From NCBI GenBank assembly GCA_965235115.1, contig OZ249436.1, forward strand, positions 51,400,001-51,464,000: DNA of 64,000 bases, written 5' to 3'. Below, piece after piece: positions 25,547 through 36,832 of the stretch. Position 1 is the first letter of the stretch. Every line of letters begins with the position of its first letter. The DNA comes from Laetmonice hystrix (lineage: Eukaryota). Below the pieces are notes generated by a model. It had not been told where the DNA came from. It made no database searches and saw only the letters and a list, made by a program, of their open reading frames with translations. Position numbers and translations under genes: made by a program.

Positions 25547-26058
25547 AAGGGTAATCTTTTTTACGATTTTTGAAAAAAAAAATATTTGAAGTAGTAATTT
25601 CAATACTTAAATGTTCACGCTCATCTCCCTAGATGAAATAACACTTTCCATAAATAAATGTCTGAAATTGTGATAACAGATTGATGGTCCAGGATTATAT
25701 CAGTGGTAGGGAATGAAAACATAGACGCACAAAACCGACATGAAAAGAAAAAAATAAAAGGTGCAATACCATAACTTGGTACCTATTGAAACTGTAATTA
25801 ACTTGTCTCTGTGGCGCAATCGGCTATCGCGTTAGGGTCACAATCTATTGTTGAGGTCTTTTTAATGCAGGGTGTTCCTTATAACGTCAGGAAGACCATA
25901 ACTTGGTACCTATGGCACAATGAGATAACTTGTCTCTGTGGCGCAATCGGCTATCGCGTTAGGGTCACAATCTATTGTTGAGGTCTTTTTAATGCAGGGT
26001 GTTCCTTATAACGTCAGGAAGAGCATAAGTTTGTACCGATGGCACAATTAGATAACTT

Positions 26059-26132
26059 GTCTCTGTGGCGCAATCGGCTAGCGCGTTAGACTGTTAATCT
26101 AAAGGTTGGTGGTTTGAGCCCACCCAGGGACT
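26059..26132 (+). tRNA. tRNA-Asn(GTT), B-box C56>T (likely inactive)
   Basis: as 16718. Confidence 0.75.
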
Positions 26133-26398
26133 TAATTTTTCCTAATCGCAGTGGGATTCCATTTTCTAACTGGATTTCTTTCAATATCTCTAAAATATAT
26201 AGAGGAAGCTCCTGCCAGAGTCAGACCGAGGAAGGCTCTGCTGATCACCTCTTACGTCCCTCTGAAAATATTCTAATAAAGTTGACGCTCAGTCAATCAG
26301 CTTGAGGCTAAGGCTAAATTGCAGCCACGCTTTGGAAATAGCCATGATTCAAATAAAGAATCCGTCACCGAGTAGGGCCCCCGTCTCTATCCTGAAGC

Positions 26399-26470
26399 GG
26401 TTCCGTGGTGTAACGGTTAGCACTCAGGACTCTGAATCCTGCGATCCGAGTTCAAATCTCGGCGGAACCT
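26399..26470 (+). tRNA. tRNA-Gln(CTG)
   Basis: consensus copy. Confidence 0.97.
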
Positions 26471-26979
26471 AAGGGTAATCTTTTTTACGATTTTTGAAAA
26501 AAATATTTGAAGTAGTAATTTCAATAGTTAAATGTTCACGCTCATCTCCCTAGATGAAATAACACTTTCCATAAATAAATGTCTGAAATTGTGATAACAG
26601 ATTGATGGTCCAGGATTATATCAGTGGTAGGGAATGAACACATAGACGCACAAAACCGACATGAAAAGAAGAAAATAAAAGGTGCAATACCATAACTTGG
26701 TACCTATGGAAACTGTAATTAACTTGTCTCTGTGGAGCAATCGGCTATCGCGTTAGGGTCACAATCTATTGTTGTGGTCTTTTTAATGCAGGGTGTTCCT
26801 TATAACGTCAGGAAGACCATAACTTGGTACCTATGGCACAATTAGATAACTTGTCTCTGTGGCGCAATCGGCTATCGCGTTAGGGTCACAATCTATTGTT
26901 GAGGTCTTTTTAATGCAGGGTGTTCCTTATAACGTCAGGAAGAGCATAAGTTTGTACCGATGGCACAATTAGATAACTT

Positions 26980-27053
26980 GTCTCTGTGGCGCAATCGGCT
27001 AGCGCGTTAGACTGTTAATCTAAAGGTTGGTGGTTCGAGCCCACCCAGGGACT
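26980..27053 (+). tRNA. tRNA-Asn(GTT)
   Basis: consensus copy. Confidence 0.96.
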
Positions 27054-27319
27054 TAATTTTTCCTAATCGCAGTGGGATTCCATTTTCTAACTGGATTTCT
27101 TTCAATATCTATAAAATATATAGAGGAAGCTCTTGCCAGAGTCAGACAGAGGAAGGCTCTGCTGATCACCTCTTACGTCCCTCTGAAAATATTCTAATTA
27201 CGTTGACGCTGAGTCAATCAGCTTAAGGCTAAGGCTAAATTGCAGCCACGCTTTGGAAATAGCCATGATTCAAATAAAGAATCCGTCACCGAGTAGGGCC
27301 CCCGTATCTATCCTGAAGC

Positions 27320-27391
27320 GGTTCCGTGGTGTAACGGTTAGCACTCAGGACTCTGAATCCTGCGATCCGAGTTCAAATCTCGGCGGAACCT
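27320..27391 (+). tRNA. tRNA-Gln(CTG)
   Basis: consensus copy. Confidence 0.97.
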
Positions 27392-27900
27392 AAGGGTAAT
27401 CTTTTTTACGATTTTTGAAAAAAATATTTGAAGTAGTAATTTCAATAGTTAAATGTTCACGCTCATCTCCCTAGATGAAATAACACTTTCCATAAATAAA
27501 TGTCTGAAATTGTGATAAGAGATTGATGGTCCAGGATTATATCAGTGGTAGGGAATGAAAACATAGACGCACAAAACCGACATGAAAAGAAGAAAATAAA
27601 AGGTGCAATACCATAACTTGGTACCTATGGAAACTGTAATTAACTTGTCTCTGTGGAGCAATGGGCTATCGCGTTAGGGTCACAATCTATTGTTGAGGTC
27701 TTTTTAATGCAGGGTGTTCCTTATAACGTCAGGAAGACCATAACTTGGTACCTATGGCACAATTAGATAACTTGTCTCTGTGGCGCAATCGGCTATCGCG
27801 TTAGAGTCACAATCTATTGTTGAGGTCTTTTTATTGCAGGGTGTTCCTTATAACGTCAGGAAGACCATAACTTGGTACCTATGGCACAATTAGATAACTT

Positions 27901-27974
27901 GTCTCTGTGGCGCAATCGGCTAGCGCGTTAGACTGTTAATCTAAAGGTTGGTGGTTCGAGCCCACCCAGGGACT
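27901..27974 (+). tRNA. tRNA-Asn(GTT)
   Basis: consensus copy. Confidence 0.96.
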
Positions 27975-28240
27975 TAATTTTTCCTAATCGCAGTGGGATT
28001 CCATTTTCTAACTGGATTTCTTTCAATATCTCTAAAATATATAGAGGAAGCTCCTGCCAGAGTCAGACCGAGGAAGGCTCTGCTGATCACCTCTTACGTC
28101 CCTCTGAAAATATTCTAATAAAGTTGACGCTCAGTCAATCAGCTTAGGGCTAAGGCTAAATTGCAGCCACGCTTTGGAAATAGCCATGATTCAAATAAAG
28201 AATCCGTCACCGAGTAGGGCCCCCGTCTCTATCCTGAAGC

Positions 28241-28312
28241 GGTTCCGTGGTGTAACGGTTAGCACTCAGGACTCTGAATCCTGCGATCCGAGTTCAAATC
28301 TCGGCGGAACCT
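28241..28312 (+). tRNA. tRNA-Gln(CTG)
   Basis: consensus copy. Confidence 0.97.
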
Positions 28313-28821
28313 AAGGGTAATCTTTTTTACGATTTTTGAAAAAAATATTTGAAGTAGTAATTTCAATAGTTAAATGTTCACGCTCATCTCCCTAGATGAA
28401 ATAACACTTTCCATAAATAAATGTCTGAAATTGTGATAACAGATTGATGGTCCAGGATTATATCAGTGGTAGGGAATGAAAACATAGACGCACAAAACCG
28501 ACATGAAAAGAAGAAAATAAGAGGTGCAATACCATAACTTGGTACCTATGGAAACTGTAATTAACTTGTCTCTGTGGCGCAATCGGCTATCGCGTTAGGG
28601 TCACAATCTATTGTTGAGGTTTTTTTAATGCAGGGTGTTCCTTATAACGTCAGGAAGACCATAACTTGGTACCTATGGCACAATTAGATAACTTGTCTCT
28701 GTGGCGCAATCGGCTATCGCGTTAGGGTCACAATCTATTGTTGAGGTCTTTTTAATGCAGGGTGTTCCTTATAACGTCAGGAAGAGCATATGTTGGTACC
28801 GATGGCACAATTAGATAAATT

Positions 28822-28895
28822 GTCTCTGTGGCGCAATCGGCTAGCGCGTTAGACTGTTAATCTAAAGGTTGGTGGTTCGAGCCCACCCAGGGACT
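28822..28895 (+). tRNA. tRNA-Asn(GTT)
   Basis: consensus copy. Confidence 0.96.
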
Positions 28896-29161
28896 TAATT
28901 TTTCCTAATCGCAGTGGGATTCCATTTTCTAACTGGATTTCTTTCAATATCTATAAAATATATAGAGGAAGCTCTTGCCAGAGTCAGACCGAGGAAGGTT
29001 CTGCTGATCACCTCTTACGTCCCTCTGAAAATATTCTAATAAAGTTGACGCTCAGTCAATCAGCTTAGGGCTAAGGCTAAATTGCAGCCACGCTTTGGAA
29101 ATAGCCATGATTCAAATAAAGAATCCGTCACCGAGTAGGGCCCCCGTCTCTATCCTGAAGC

Positions 29162-29233
29162 GGTTCCGTGGTGTAACGGTTAGCACTCAGGACTCTGAAT
29201 CCTGCGATCCGAGTTCAAATCTCGGCGGAACCT
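29162..29233 (+). tRNA. tRNA-Gln(CTG)
   Basis: consensus copy. Confidence 0.97.
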
Positions 29234-29742
29234 AAGGGTAATCTTTTTTACGATTTTTGAAAAAAATATTTGAAGTAGTAATTTCAATAGTTAAATGTTC
29301 ACGCTCATCTCCCTAGATGAAATAACACTTTCCATAAATAAATGTCTGAAATTGTGATAACAGATTGATGGTCCAGGATTATATCAGTGGTAGGGAATGA
29401 AAACATAGACGCACAAAACCGACATGAAAAGAAAAAAATAAAAGGTGCAATACCATAACTTGGTACCTATGGAAACTGTAATTAACTTGTCTCTGTGGCG
29501 CAATCGGCTATCGCGTTAGGGTCACAATCTATTGTTGAGGTCTTTTTAATGCAGGGTGTTCCTTATAACGTCAGGAAGACCATAACTTGGTACCTATGGC
29601 ACAATGAGATAACTTGTCTCTGTGGCGCAATCGGCTATCGCGTTAGGGTCACAATCTATTGTTGAGGTCTTTTTAATGCAGGGTGTTCCTTATAACGTCA
29701 GGAAGACCATAACTTGGTACCTATGGCACAATTAGATAACTT

Positions 29743-29816
29743 GTCTCTGTGGCGCAATCGGCTAGCGCGTTAGACTGTTAATCTAAAGGTTGGTGGTTCG
29801 AGCCCACCCAGGGACT
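29743..29816 (+). tRNA. tRNA-Asn(GTT)
   Basis: consensus copy. Confidence 0.96.
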
Positions 29817-30082
29817 TAATTTTTCCTAATCGCAGTGGGATTCCATTTTCTAACTGGATTTCTTTCAATATCTCTAAAATATATAGAGGAAGCTCCTGCC
29901 AGAGTCAGACCAAGGAAGGCTCTGCTGATCACCTCTTACGTCCCTCTGAAAATATTCTAATAAAGTTGACGCTCAGTCAATCAGCTTAGGGCTAAGGCTA
30001 AATTTCAGCCACGCTTTGGAAATAGCCATGATTCAAATAAAGAATCCGTCACCGAGTAGGGCCCCCGTCTCTATCCTGAAGC

Positions 30083-30154
30083 GGTTCCGTGGTGTAACGG
30101 TTAGCACTCAGGACTCTGAATCCTGCAATCCGAGTTCAAATCTCGGCGGAACCT
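30083..30154 (+). tRNA. tRNA-Gln(CTG), variable-loop G>A variant
   Basis: as 21664. Confidence 0.9.
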
Positions 30155-30536
30155 AAGGGTAATCTTTTTTACGATTTTTGAAAAAAATATTTGAAGTAGT
30201 AATTTCAATAGTTAAATGTTCACGCTCATCTCCCTAGATGAAATAACACTTTCCATAAATAAATGTCCGAAATTGTGATAACAGATTGATGGTCCAGGAT
30301 TATATCAGTGGTAGGGAATCAAAACATAGACGCACAAAACCGACATGAAAAGAAAAAAATAAAAGGTGCAATACCATAACTTGGTACCTATGGAAACTGT
30401 AATTAACTTGTCTCTGTGGAGCAATCGGCTATCGCGTTAGGGTCACAATCTATTGTTGAGGTCTTTTTAATGCAGGGTGTTCCTTATAACGTCAGGAAGA
30501 CCATAACTTGGTACCGATGGCACAATTAGATAAATT

Positions 30537-30610
30537 GTCTCTGTGGCGCAATCGGCTAGCGCGTTAGACTGTTAATCTAAAGGTTGGTGTTTCGAGCCCA
30601 CCCAGGGACT
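30537..30610 (+). tRNA. tRNA-Asn(GTT), G53>T variant (likely impaired)
   Basis: GGTGTTTCGAG. Confidence 0.75.
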
Positions 30611-30876
30611 TAATTTTTCCTAATCGCAGTGGGATTCCATTTTCTAACTGGATTTCTTTCAATATCTATAAAATATATAGAGGAAGCTCTTGCCAGAGTC
30701 AGACAGAGGAAGGCTCTGCTGATCACCTCTTACGTCCCTCTGAAAATATTCTAATTACGTTGACGCTGAGTCAATCAGCTTAGGGCTAAGGCTAAATTGC
30801 AGCCACGCTTTGGAAATAGCCATGATTCAAATAAAGAATCCGTCACCGAGTAGGGCCCCCGTATCTATCCTGAAAC

Positions 30877-30948
30877 GGTTCCGTGGTGTAACGGTTAGCA
30901 CTGAGGACTCTGAATCCTGCGATCCGAGTTCAAATCTCGGCGGAACCT
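30877..30948 (+). tRNA. tRNA-Gln(CTG), anticodon-stem C>G variant
   Basis: GAGGA instead of CAGGA. Confidence 0.85.
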
Positions 30949-31457
30949 AAGAGTAATCTTTTTCCAGATTTTTGAAAAAAATATTTGAAGTAGTAATTCC
31001 ACGAGTTAAATGTTCACGCTCATCTCCCTAGATGAAATAACACTTTCCATAAATAAATGTCTGAAATTGTGATAACAGATTGATGGTCAAGGATTATATC
31101 AGTGGTAGGGAATGAAAACATAGACGCACAAAACCGACATGAAAAGAAGAAAATAAAAGGTGCAATACCATAACTTGGTACCTATGGAAACTGTAATTAA
31201 CTTGTCTCTGTGGCGCAATCGGCTATCGCGTTAGGGTCACAATCTATTGTTGAGGTTTTTTTAATGCAGGGTGTTCCTTATAACGTCAGGAAGACCATAA
31301 CTTGGTACCTATGGCACAATTAGATAACTTGTCTCTGTGGCGCAATCGGCTATCGCGTTAGGGTCACAATCTATTGTTGAGGTCTTTTTAATGCAGGGTG
31401 TTCCTTATAACGTCAGGAAGACCATATGTTGGTACCGATGGCACAATTAGATAAATT

Positions 31458-31531
31458 GTCTCTGTGGCGCAATCGGCTAGCGCGTTAGACTGTTAATCTA
31501 AAGGTTGGTGGTTCGAGCCCACCCAGGGACT
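31458..31531 (+). tRNA. tRNA-Asn(GTT)
   Basis: consensus copy. Confidence 0.96.
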
Positions 31532-31792
31532 TAATTTTTCCTAATCGCAGTGGGATTCCATTTTCTAACTGGATTTCTTTCAATATCTATAAAATATATA
31601 GAGGAAGCTCTTGCCAGAGTCAGACCGAGGAAGGCTCTGCTGATCACCTCTACGTCCCTCTGAAAATATTCTAATGAAGTTGACTGTGACTCAGTCAGCT
31701 TAGGTAGACTAAATTGCAGCCATGCTTTAGAAATAGCCATGATTCAAAAAAAAATCCGTCACCGAGTAGGCCCACTATCTCTTTCCTCAAGC

Positions 31793-31864
31793 GGTTCCGT
31801 GGTGTAACGGTTAGCACTCAGGACTCTGAATCCTGCGATCCGAGTTCAAATCTCGGCGGAACCT
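31793..31864 (+). tRNA. tRNA-Gln(CTG)
   Basis: consensus gene inside diverged flanks. Confidence 0.97.
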
Positions 31865-32347
31865 GAGACTAAACTTTTCACGATTTTTTGAAAGAAATAT
31901 ATGAAGTAGTAATTCCAATAGTTAGTTAAATGTTCACGCTCATCTCCCTTGATGAAATAACACTTTACATACATAAATGTCTGAAATTGTGATAACAGAT
32001 TGATGGTTCAGCATTATATCAGTGGTAGGCAATGGAAACCTAGAAGCACAAAACCGACATGGAGAGATGAGAATAAGAGGTCCAATACCTATTTTGAATA
32101 TCTTGTGAATTCAGGTACTCCAGATCTCAGGAACACCCCACTTCTCTATCACTGGCCTCGTCAATGGCTGAAATAACGCGTAACAGGAACAAATGTGTGG
32201 AATGCTGGCAACAGGTTGAACGGTACAGTATAATGAGAGTCAACGAATGAGAGTAATCGTCTAGGCCCAGAAACAGAGAACACCATTTTAAGGTAGCACA
32301 AAAGCATATTTTTCAAACTTGGTATCTATGGAAAGCCTAGTCATCTT

Positions 32348-32400
32348 GTCTCTGTGGCACGATCGACGAACACATTAGACTATGAATATAAAGGTTTGTC
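32348..32400 (+). pseudogene. Decayed tRNA-Asn pseudogene (lacks T-arm)
   Basis: GTCTCTGTGGCACGATCGACGAACACATTAGACTATGAATATAAAGGTT aligns to tRNA-Asn positions 1-49 with many substitutions. Confidence 0.8.
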
Positions 32401-32554
32401 TGAAATTATGATGAACTGTCACGAACTGTCGAACTGTCACGATTCAAAGAACAAGAGGGTCACTTATGCATTGTTGAGATCTTTCTAATGCAGGTTGTTC
32501 CGTATAATGTCAGGAACACGAGAACTTGGTATCAATTGCACAAGAATATAAGTT

Positions 32555-32628
32555 GTCTCTGTGGCGCAATCGGCTAGCGCGTTAGACTGTTAATCTAAAG
32601 GTTGGTGGTTCGAGCCCACCCAGGGACT
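32555..32628 (+). tRNA. tRNA-Asn(GTT)
   Basis: consensus gene inside diverged flanks. Confidence 0.96.
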
Positions 32629-32889
32629 TATTTTTTCCTAATCGCAGTGCGATTGCATTTTCTAACTGGATTTCTTTCAATATCTCTAAAATATATAGAG
32701 GAAGCTCTTGCCAGAGTCAGGCCGAGGAAGGCTCTGCTGATCACCTCTACGTCCCTCTGAAAATATTCTAATTACGTTGACGCTGAGTCAATCAGCTTAG
32801 GTAGACTAAATTGCAGCCATGCTTTAGAAATAGCCATGATTCAAAAAAAAATCCGTCACCGAGTAGGCCCACTATCTCTATCCTCAAGC

Positions 32890-32961
32890 GGTTCCGTGGT
32901 GTAACGGTTAGCACTCAGGACTCTGAATCCTGCGATCCGAGTTCAAATCTCGGCGGAACCT
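32890..32961 (+). tRNA. tRNA-Gln(CTG), last gene of the array
   Basis: consensus gene. Confidence 0.97.
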
Positions 32962-35000
32962 GAGAGTAATCTTTTTCACGATTTTTGAAAAAAATATTTG
33001 AAGTAGTAATTCCAATAGTTAAAAGTTCAGGCTCATCTGTCTGGATGAAATAACTCTTTACATAATTAAATGTCGGAAATTGTGATAATAGTTTGACGGT
33101 CCAGCATTATATCAGTGGTAGGCAATGGAAACCTAGAAGCACAAAACCGACATGGAGAGATGAGAATAAGAGGTCCAATACCTATTTTGAATATCTTGTG
33201 AATTCAGGTACTCCAGATCTCAGGAACACCCCACTTCTCTATCACTGGCCTCGTCAATGGCTGAAATAACGCGTAACAGGAACAAATGTGTGGAATGCTG
33301 GCAACAGGTTGAACGGTACAGTATGATGAGAGTCAATGAATGAGAGTAGCCTAATTGCCAGAAAGAGGCTTTGGAAATATCCATGAATTCAGTGGAACAT
33401 GTGGTACCGATAGGGCCCCGCGTTTTATATATAAACATTTTCGTTCTGTACCTAAAATTGAGACAATTCTCAAGGGCAGTTTAGCGTGAGAGATTAATAC
33501 AATCGAGTTTTCCTTGTGATTATGTCCTTCGATGCTACTGCGGTTGTATGCACCAGAACCGGAGAGCCAAATGTATTAACAACACTTGCCTTGAGGCCAA
33601 CCTATGACCTATAGCCAGGGAGTGTAGAAGTTGAAGTGAGATTCTAACATAAAAGGTTATACTTGTCCATGGGAGTCGAGCGTTAGATCACCCGGATCCT
33701 GGTGACGTGTACTCAGATGGGTCATAGCTGTGATGAAATTATGTCAATGTGGTGGGAGCCTCTGTCTACCGGACACTTGTCTATTGTGTCTATTTCACAC
33801 AGCTTACATTCTGAAATATAGTCATGTGTCCAACTAACAATGTCCTTAATTGATGACACCAAGTTTTTCGAAGAGACATATCATATAATTTTAAAGTAAC
33901 TATCTCGGTATTCAGACGTGCGTACTTGGCAACGATGTGGCCGTCATCGCCTAAGCTCCTGACCCCTGTACCTACTTATGAATCATCGCCATGGCCTGTA
34001 CTGGTGTCCTACGTAGGTGGGACACCATGACACCACCCCTACAAACCACCGCAGTCGAGGCAGGCATGACACGATAGCACTCGGTGTAAAATCATTATTA
34101 TATCTCGACAACCAGTTGCTTTTACTAAAGTAGACACATATATGCACAGGTAATTGAGTGGGTAAAGTTTATCGCGGGAAAACGAGAAAACATACTAAAT
34201 TGTACCATTGGAACTTGTGCAGGATGTATACCTCGGGAGTGCCGATTTAGAATAGATATTTCAGCTGTATTAATGGGGTCACCACGGGAGAAGTTTTATA
34301 GCCTAGAGGGCAAGTGCCACAGATCTCCCCCTGGATCCCTGCCTCAAACCTCACCACCCAAATAGAGAGAAATAAATCGTTATATCATTAAAGATGGCGT
34401 GCATGGCTGCACATATGTGTCATCTTCATTATGTTGGTAAATGGACGCCTTGAAGCATCGAGACGGCTACATATATCAAAATATCCTCTACTGTTCAGAC
34501 ATTAAAATACGACTAGGAAAATATTATGGCCTCATGTATAACACGCAGAAATACACGTGAGAACATCTCTAGATCTGTGGCCCAAGGTCGTGTGAAACAG
34601 AAACAACTATATTAAACCAGCCAATTTGTGTTTAGCATATACAAGTACCTTGAATCCCGCCGAGGATCACTCCAATGAATGAGTCTGATAGACGTCCAGT
34701 GTAACACTAATTCTCAATCTGTCTTCCCAAAACTACTGCTATCAATCTTCTCGGTGAGTTACCTGAGTCTCAGCGGGGCGTTCCAGGTGGGGGCGTTTGC
34801 CCGGCATGCCAAACGAGCTTGTGTTTGTGCTTGCCCACCCGGAAACCGGAAATTTAGGTTTGTCCTGTTGATAGAATGGCCTGTAGGCGCTGCCACTGTC
34901 ACATGCTAATGTTCTTGTCTTGTACTTGTGACATACGGTCTGTATGACAGTGTAAACACTTTCAAATCCATTTTTTTAATCTATGATATTCGGAACAGGC

Positions 35001-35125
35001 CAGGGCCGGATCCAGGATTTTTTACCTTTGTTTCCTTTTCTTTTCTTTTTTTCTTTCTTTTTCTCTTTTTTTGTTTTATTTCTAAGGGGGGTTGCAACCC
35101 CCATAACCCCCTGGATCCGGCCCTG
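35001..35125. mobile_element. MITE, 15-bp perfect TIR, 5-bp TSD
   Basis: CAGGGCCGGATCCAG ... CTGGATCCGGCCCTG, flanked by CAGGC on both sides. Confidence 0.8.
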
Positions 35126-36717
35126 CAGGCCCGTACCCAGGGGGGGTCCCAGGGGTTCCACCCCCCCCCCAATCTACCCCTAACATTCGCCCCTAAGGCA
35201 TCCACCCCTGGGTATTTACCCCCCAGGACATTCACCCCCCCCCGCACACACACTAATGTATATATTTGGAACCCGCTAATTGAGCCATATTATGCAATGG
35301 GCGGTATAGTTGCAGACTGCCAGGATGGTCGGCGGGTTCAAAAAGTTGCAAGTATGACTCTTTCCTAATTTGTAAACTGAGAGGTCCCCCCCCCCCCAAG
35401 AAAGATGGGCCACAACCCCAATACAATAAAAAGACAAAAGATGTACATAAACCAGTGTTACCTTGGCTTTGTTGGCTTTGCAAATAGGTCTTTTAAGGCT
35501 ATAAGGCGATGCCCACAATGTCAAACATCATCATTCGCATGTAATTTTGAACCAGCTTTTTCGGCTTTCCCCCTAAGCCTCCAGAAAACCTTTTCTCTTT
35601 TTTGTTATCAATGTGGGATTATCTTTTAACGACTTTAGGGGAATTAGAATATTAATACCAAGATTAATTAAGATTGACTAAGCTTCGGAAATGTCCGCAG
35701 GGAAATGGATTATTTCCATAGGTCGGAACTGCGTCTGACCTTGCAAAACCCATTGAGCCCCATTCGACTGATTTCGGCTAAGTATACTAGTTTTTTTAAA
35801 CACCACTATAGTGAATTCAACTCGAGTCGGTGGCTGATGTAACTACCAGTAGAGTTGACTTGGGCGGAGTATGATGGTTGGGACAAAAAGCGCTCGTGTC
35901 GCCCTGGTTTTAATTACCTAACCGACTCGCACGGTCGGTGGCGAATATCATGACTGTGGGCAATTTTGTTGAGAGGCTTTGTGGCGGATCAAGGGTTGAG
36001 ACGGCCGACTCCAGCGTCATGTTCAGAACAGCCTTGGATCTTGTTTCTGATCTCCACAACGTTCGCGCCAAGGCAACGGCCAGTCGCTCTGGCTGCGAAA
36101 CCTCTTTGACTTCAGCCCCTGGTGGACACGGTATAGTGCTTGGCATGGATATTTTATTGCACAATTACCTAGATGGAAGCAGCTGCCAGGCAGCTTGGCC
36201 TGCGTTCGTTTGTGCGGTTGTATACCTAGCGGAGACTTGCTCGAAATGTTGCGCCACCGTGATGTGAAGTCATGAAGTCAATAATTTTTGAAATATCTGA
36301 AAAGAGTAAGTATTATAGAATTATGAGCTGGCTTTAACTTTCATATTTCTGTTGTGGTGGTACGTTTTAGTGTTAGGCATTTTTCATGCAGACGTACCAT
36401 GGAACCCAAGAGCAATTTCCTCTCAGAGTTTCTTGTTCAAACAGCGCTAGCGCCATCGATATTATTCAGAAGACATAATCAAACCAGTGTAATCAAATCC
36501 GTCATAATGCTCAGCACTACGATTGAGGCAAAATATGTTTTTTGTGTGGCAATACTATAGTATATAAGTCGCATGAGTGGGTTTCAAAAGTAAAATTGTC
36601 AACACGGGAGGTTAACGCCTTAAAGAAATTGACACCCTACACCCGGTCAACCCCCAGGCTGATTCAGATGAGCCTATGTATGATTAGATGCTCAAGTTTC
36701 TGTGAGACATAATGACC

Positions 36718-36832
<115 letters not shown>

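Larger units (their letters stand above)
1..33430 (+). repeat. Tandem tRNA-Gln/tRNA-Asn gene array (tDNA satellite); units 794/921/1048 bp; open at the left edge of the window
   Basis: Gln gene starts at 96, 890, 1811, 2859, 3780, 4828, 5622 ... 32890. Spacings are 794, 921(-924) or 1048 bp, with diverged terminal units of 916 and 1097 bp. Spacers are near-identical between units. Confidence 0.98.

Noticed and set aside
423..31457. CRISPR-like look: a ~31-nt repeat recurring at regular intervals
   Set aside because: The intervening sequences are near-identical rather than unique, the repeat is tRNA-Asn nt 1-31, there are no cas genes and the DNA is eukaryotic.
31531..33438. Minus-strand ORFs 31531..31740 and 33220..33438
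   Set aside because: Antisense to array spacer DNA; the frame is not kept in other units.
34745..34760. Donor-like G|GTGAGT as the possible first exon of the 395-aa gene
   Set aside because: A lone donor motif cannot be linked to the acceptor at ~37093 without transcript data.
34928..35629. Cluster of overlapping ORFs in several frames
   Set aside because: Caused by stop-poor homopolymer runs in MITE sequence; low-complexity translations.
35910..36267. GC-richer segment with ORFs on both strands (109 aa +, 84 aa -)
   Set aside because: No recognisable motif and no convincing phase-matched splice partners; it could be an exon but is unsupported.
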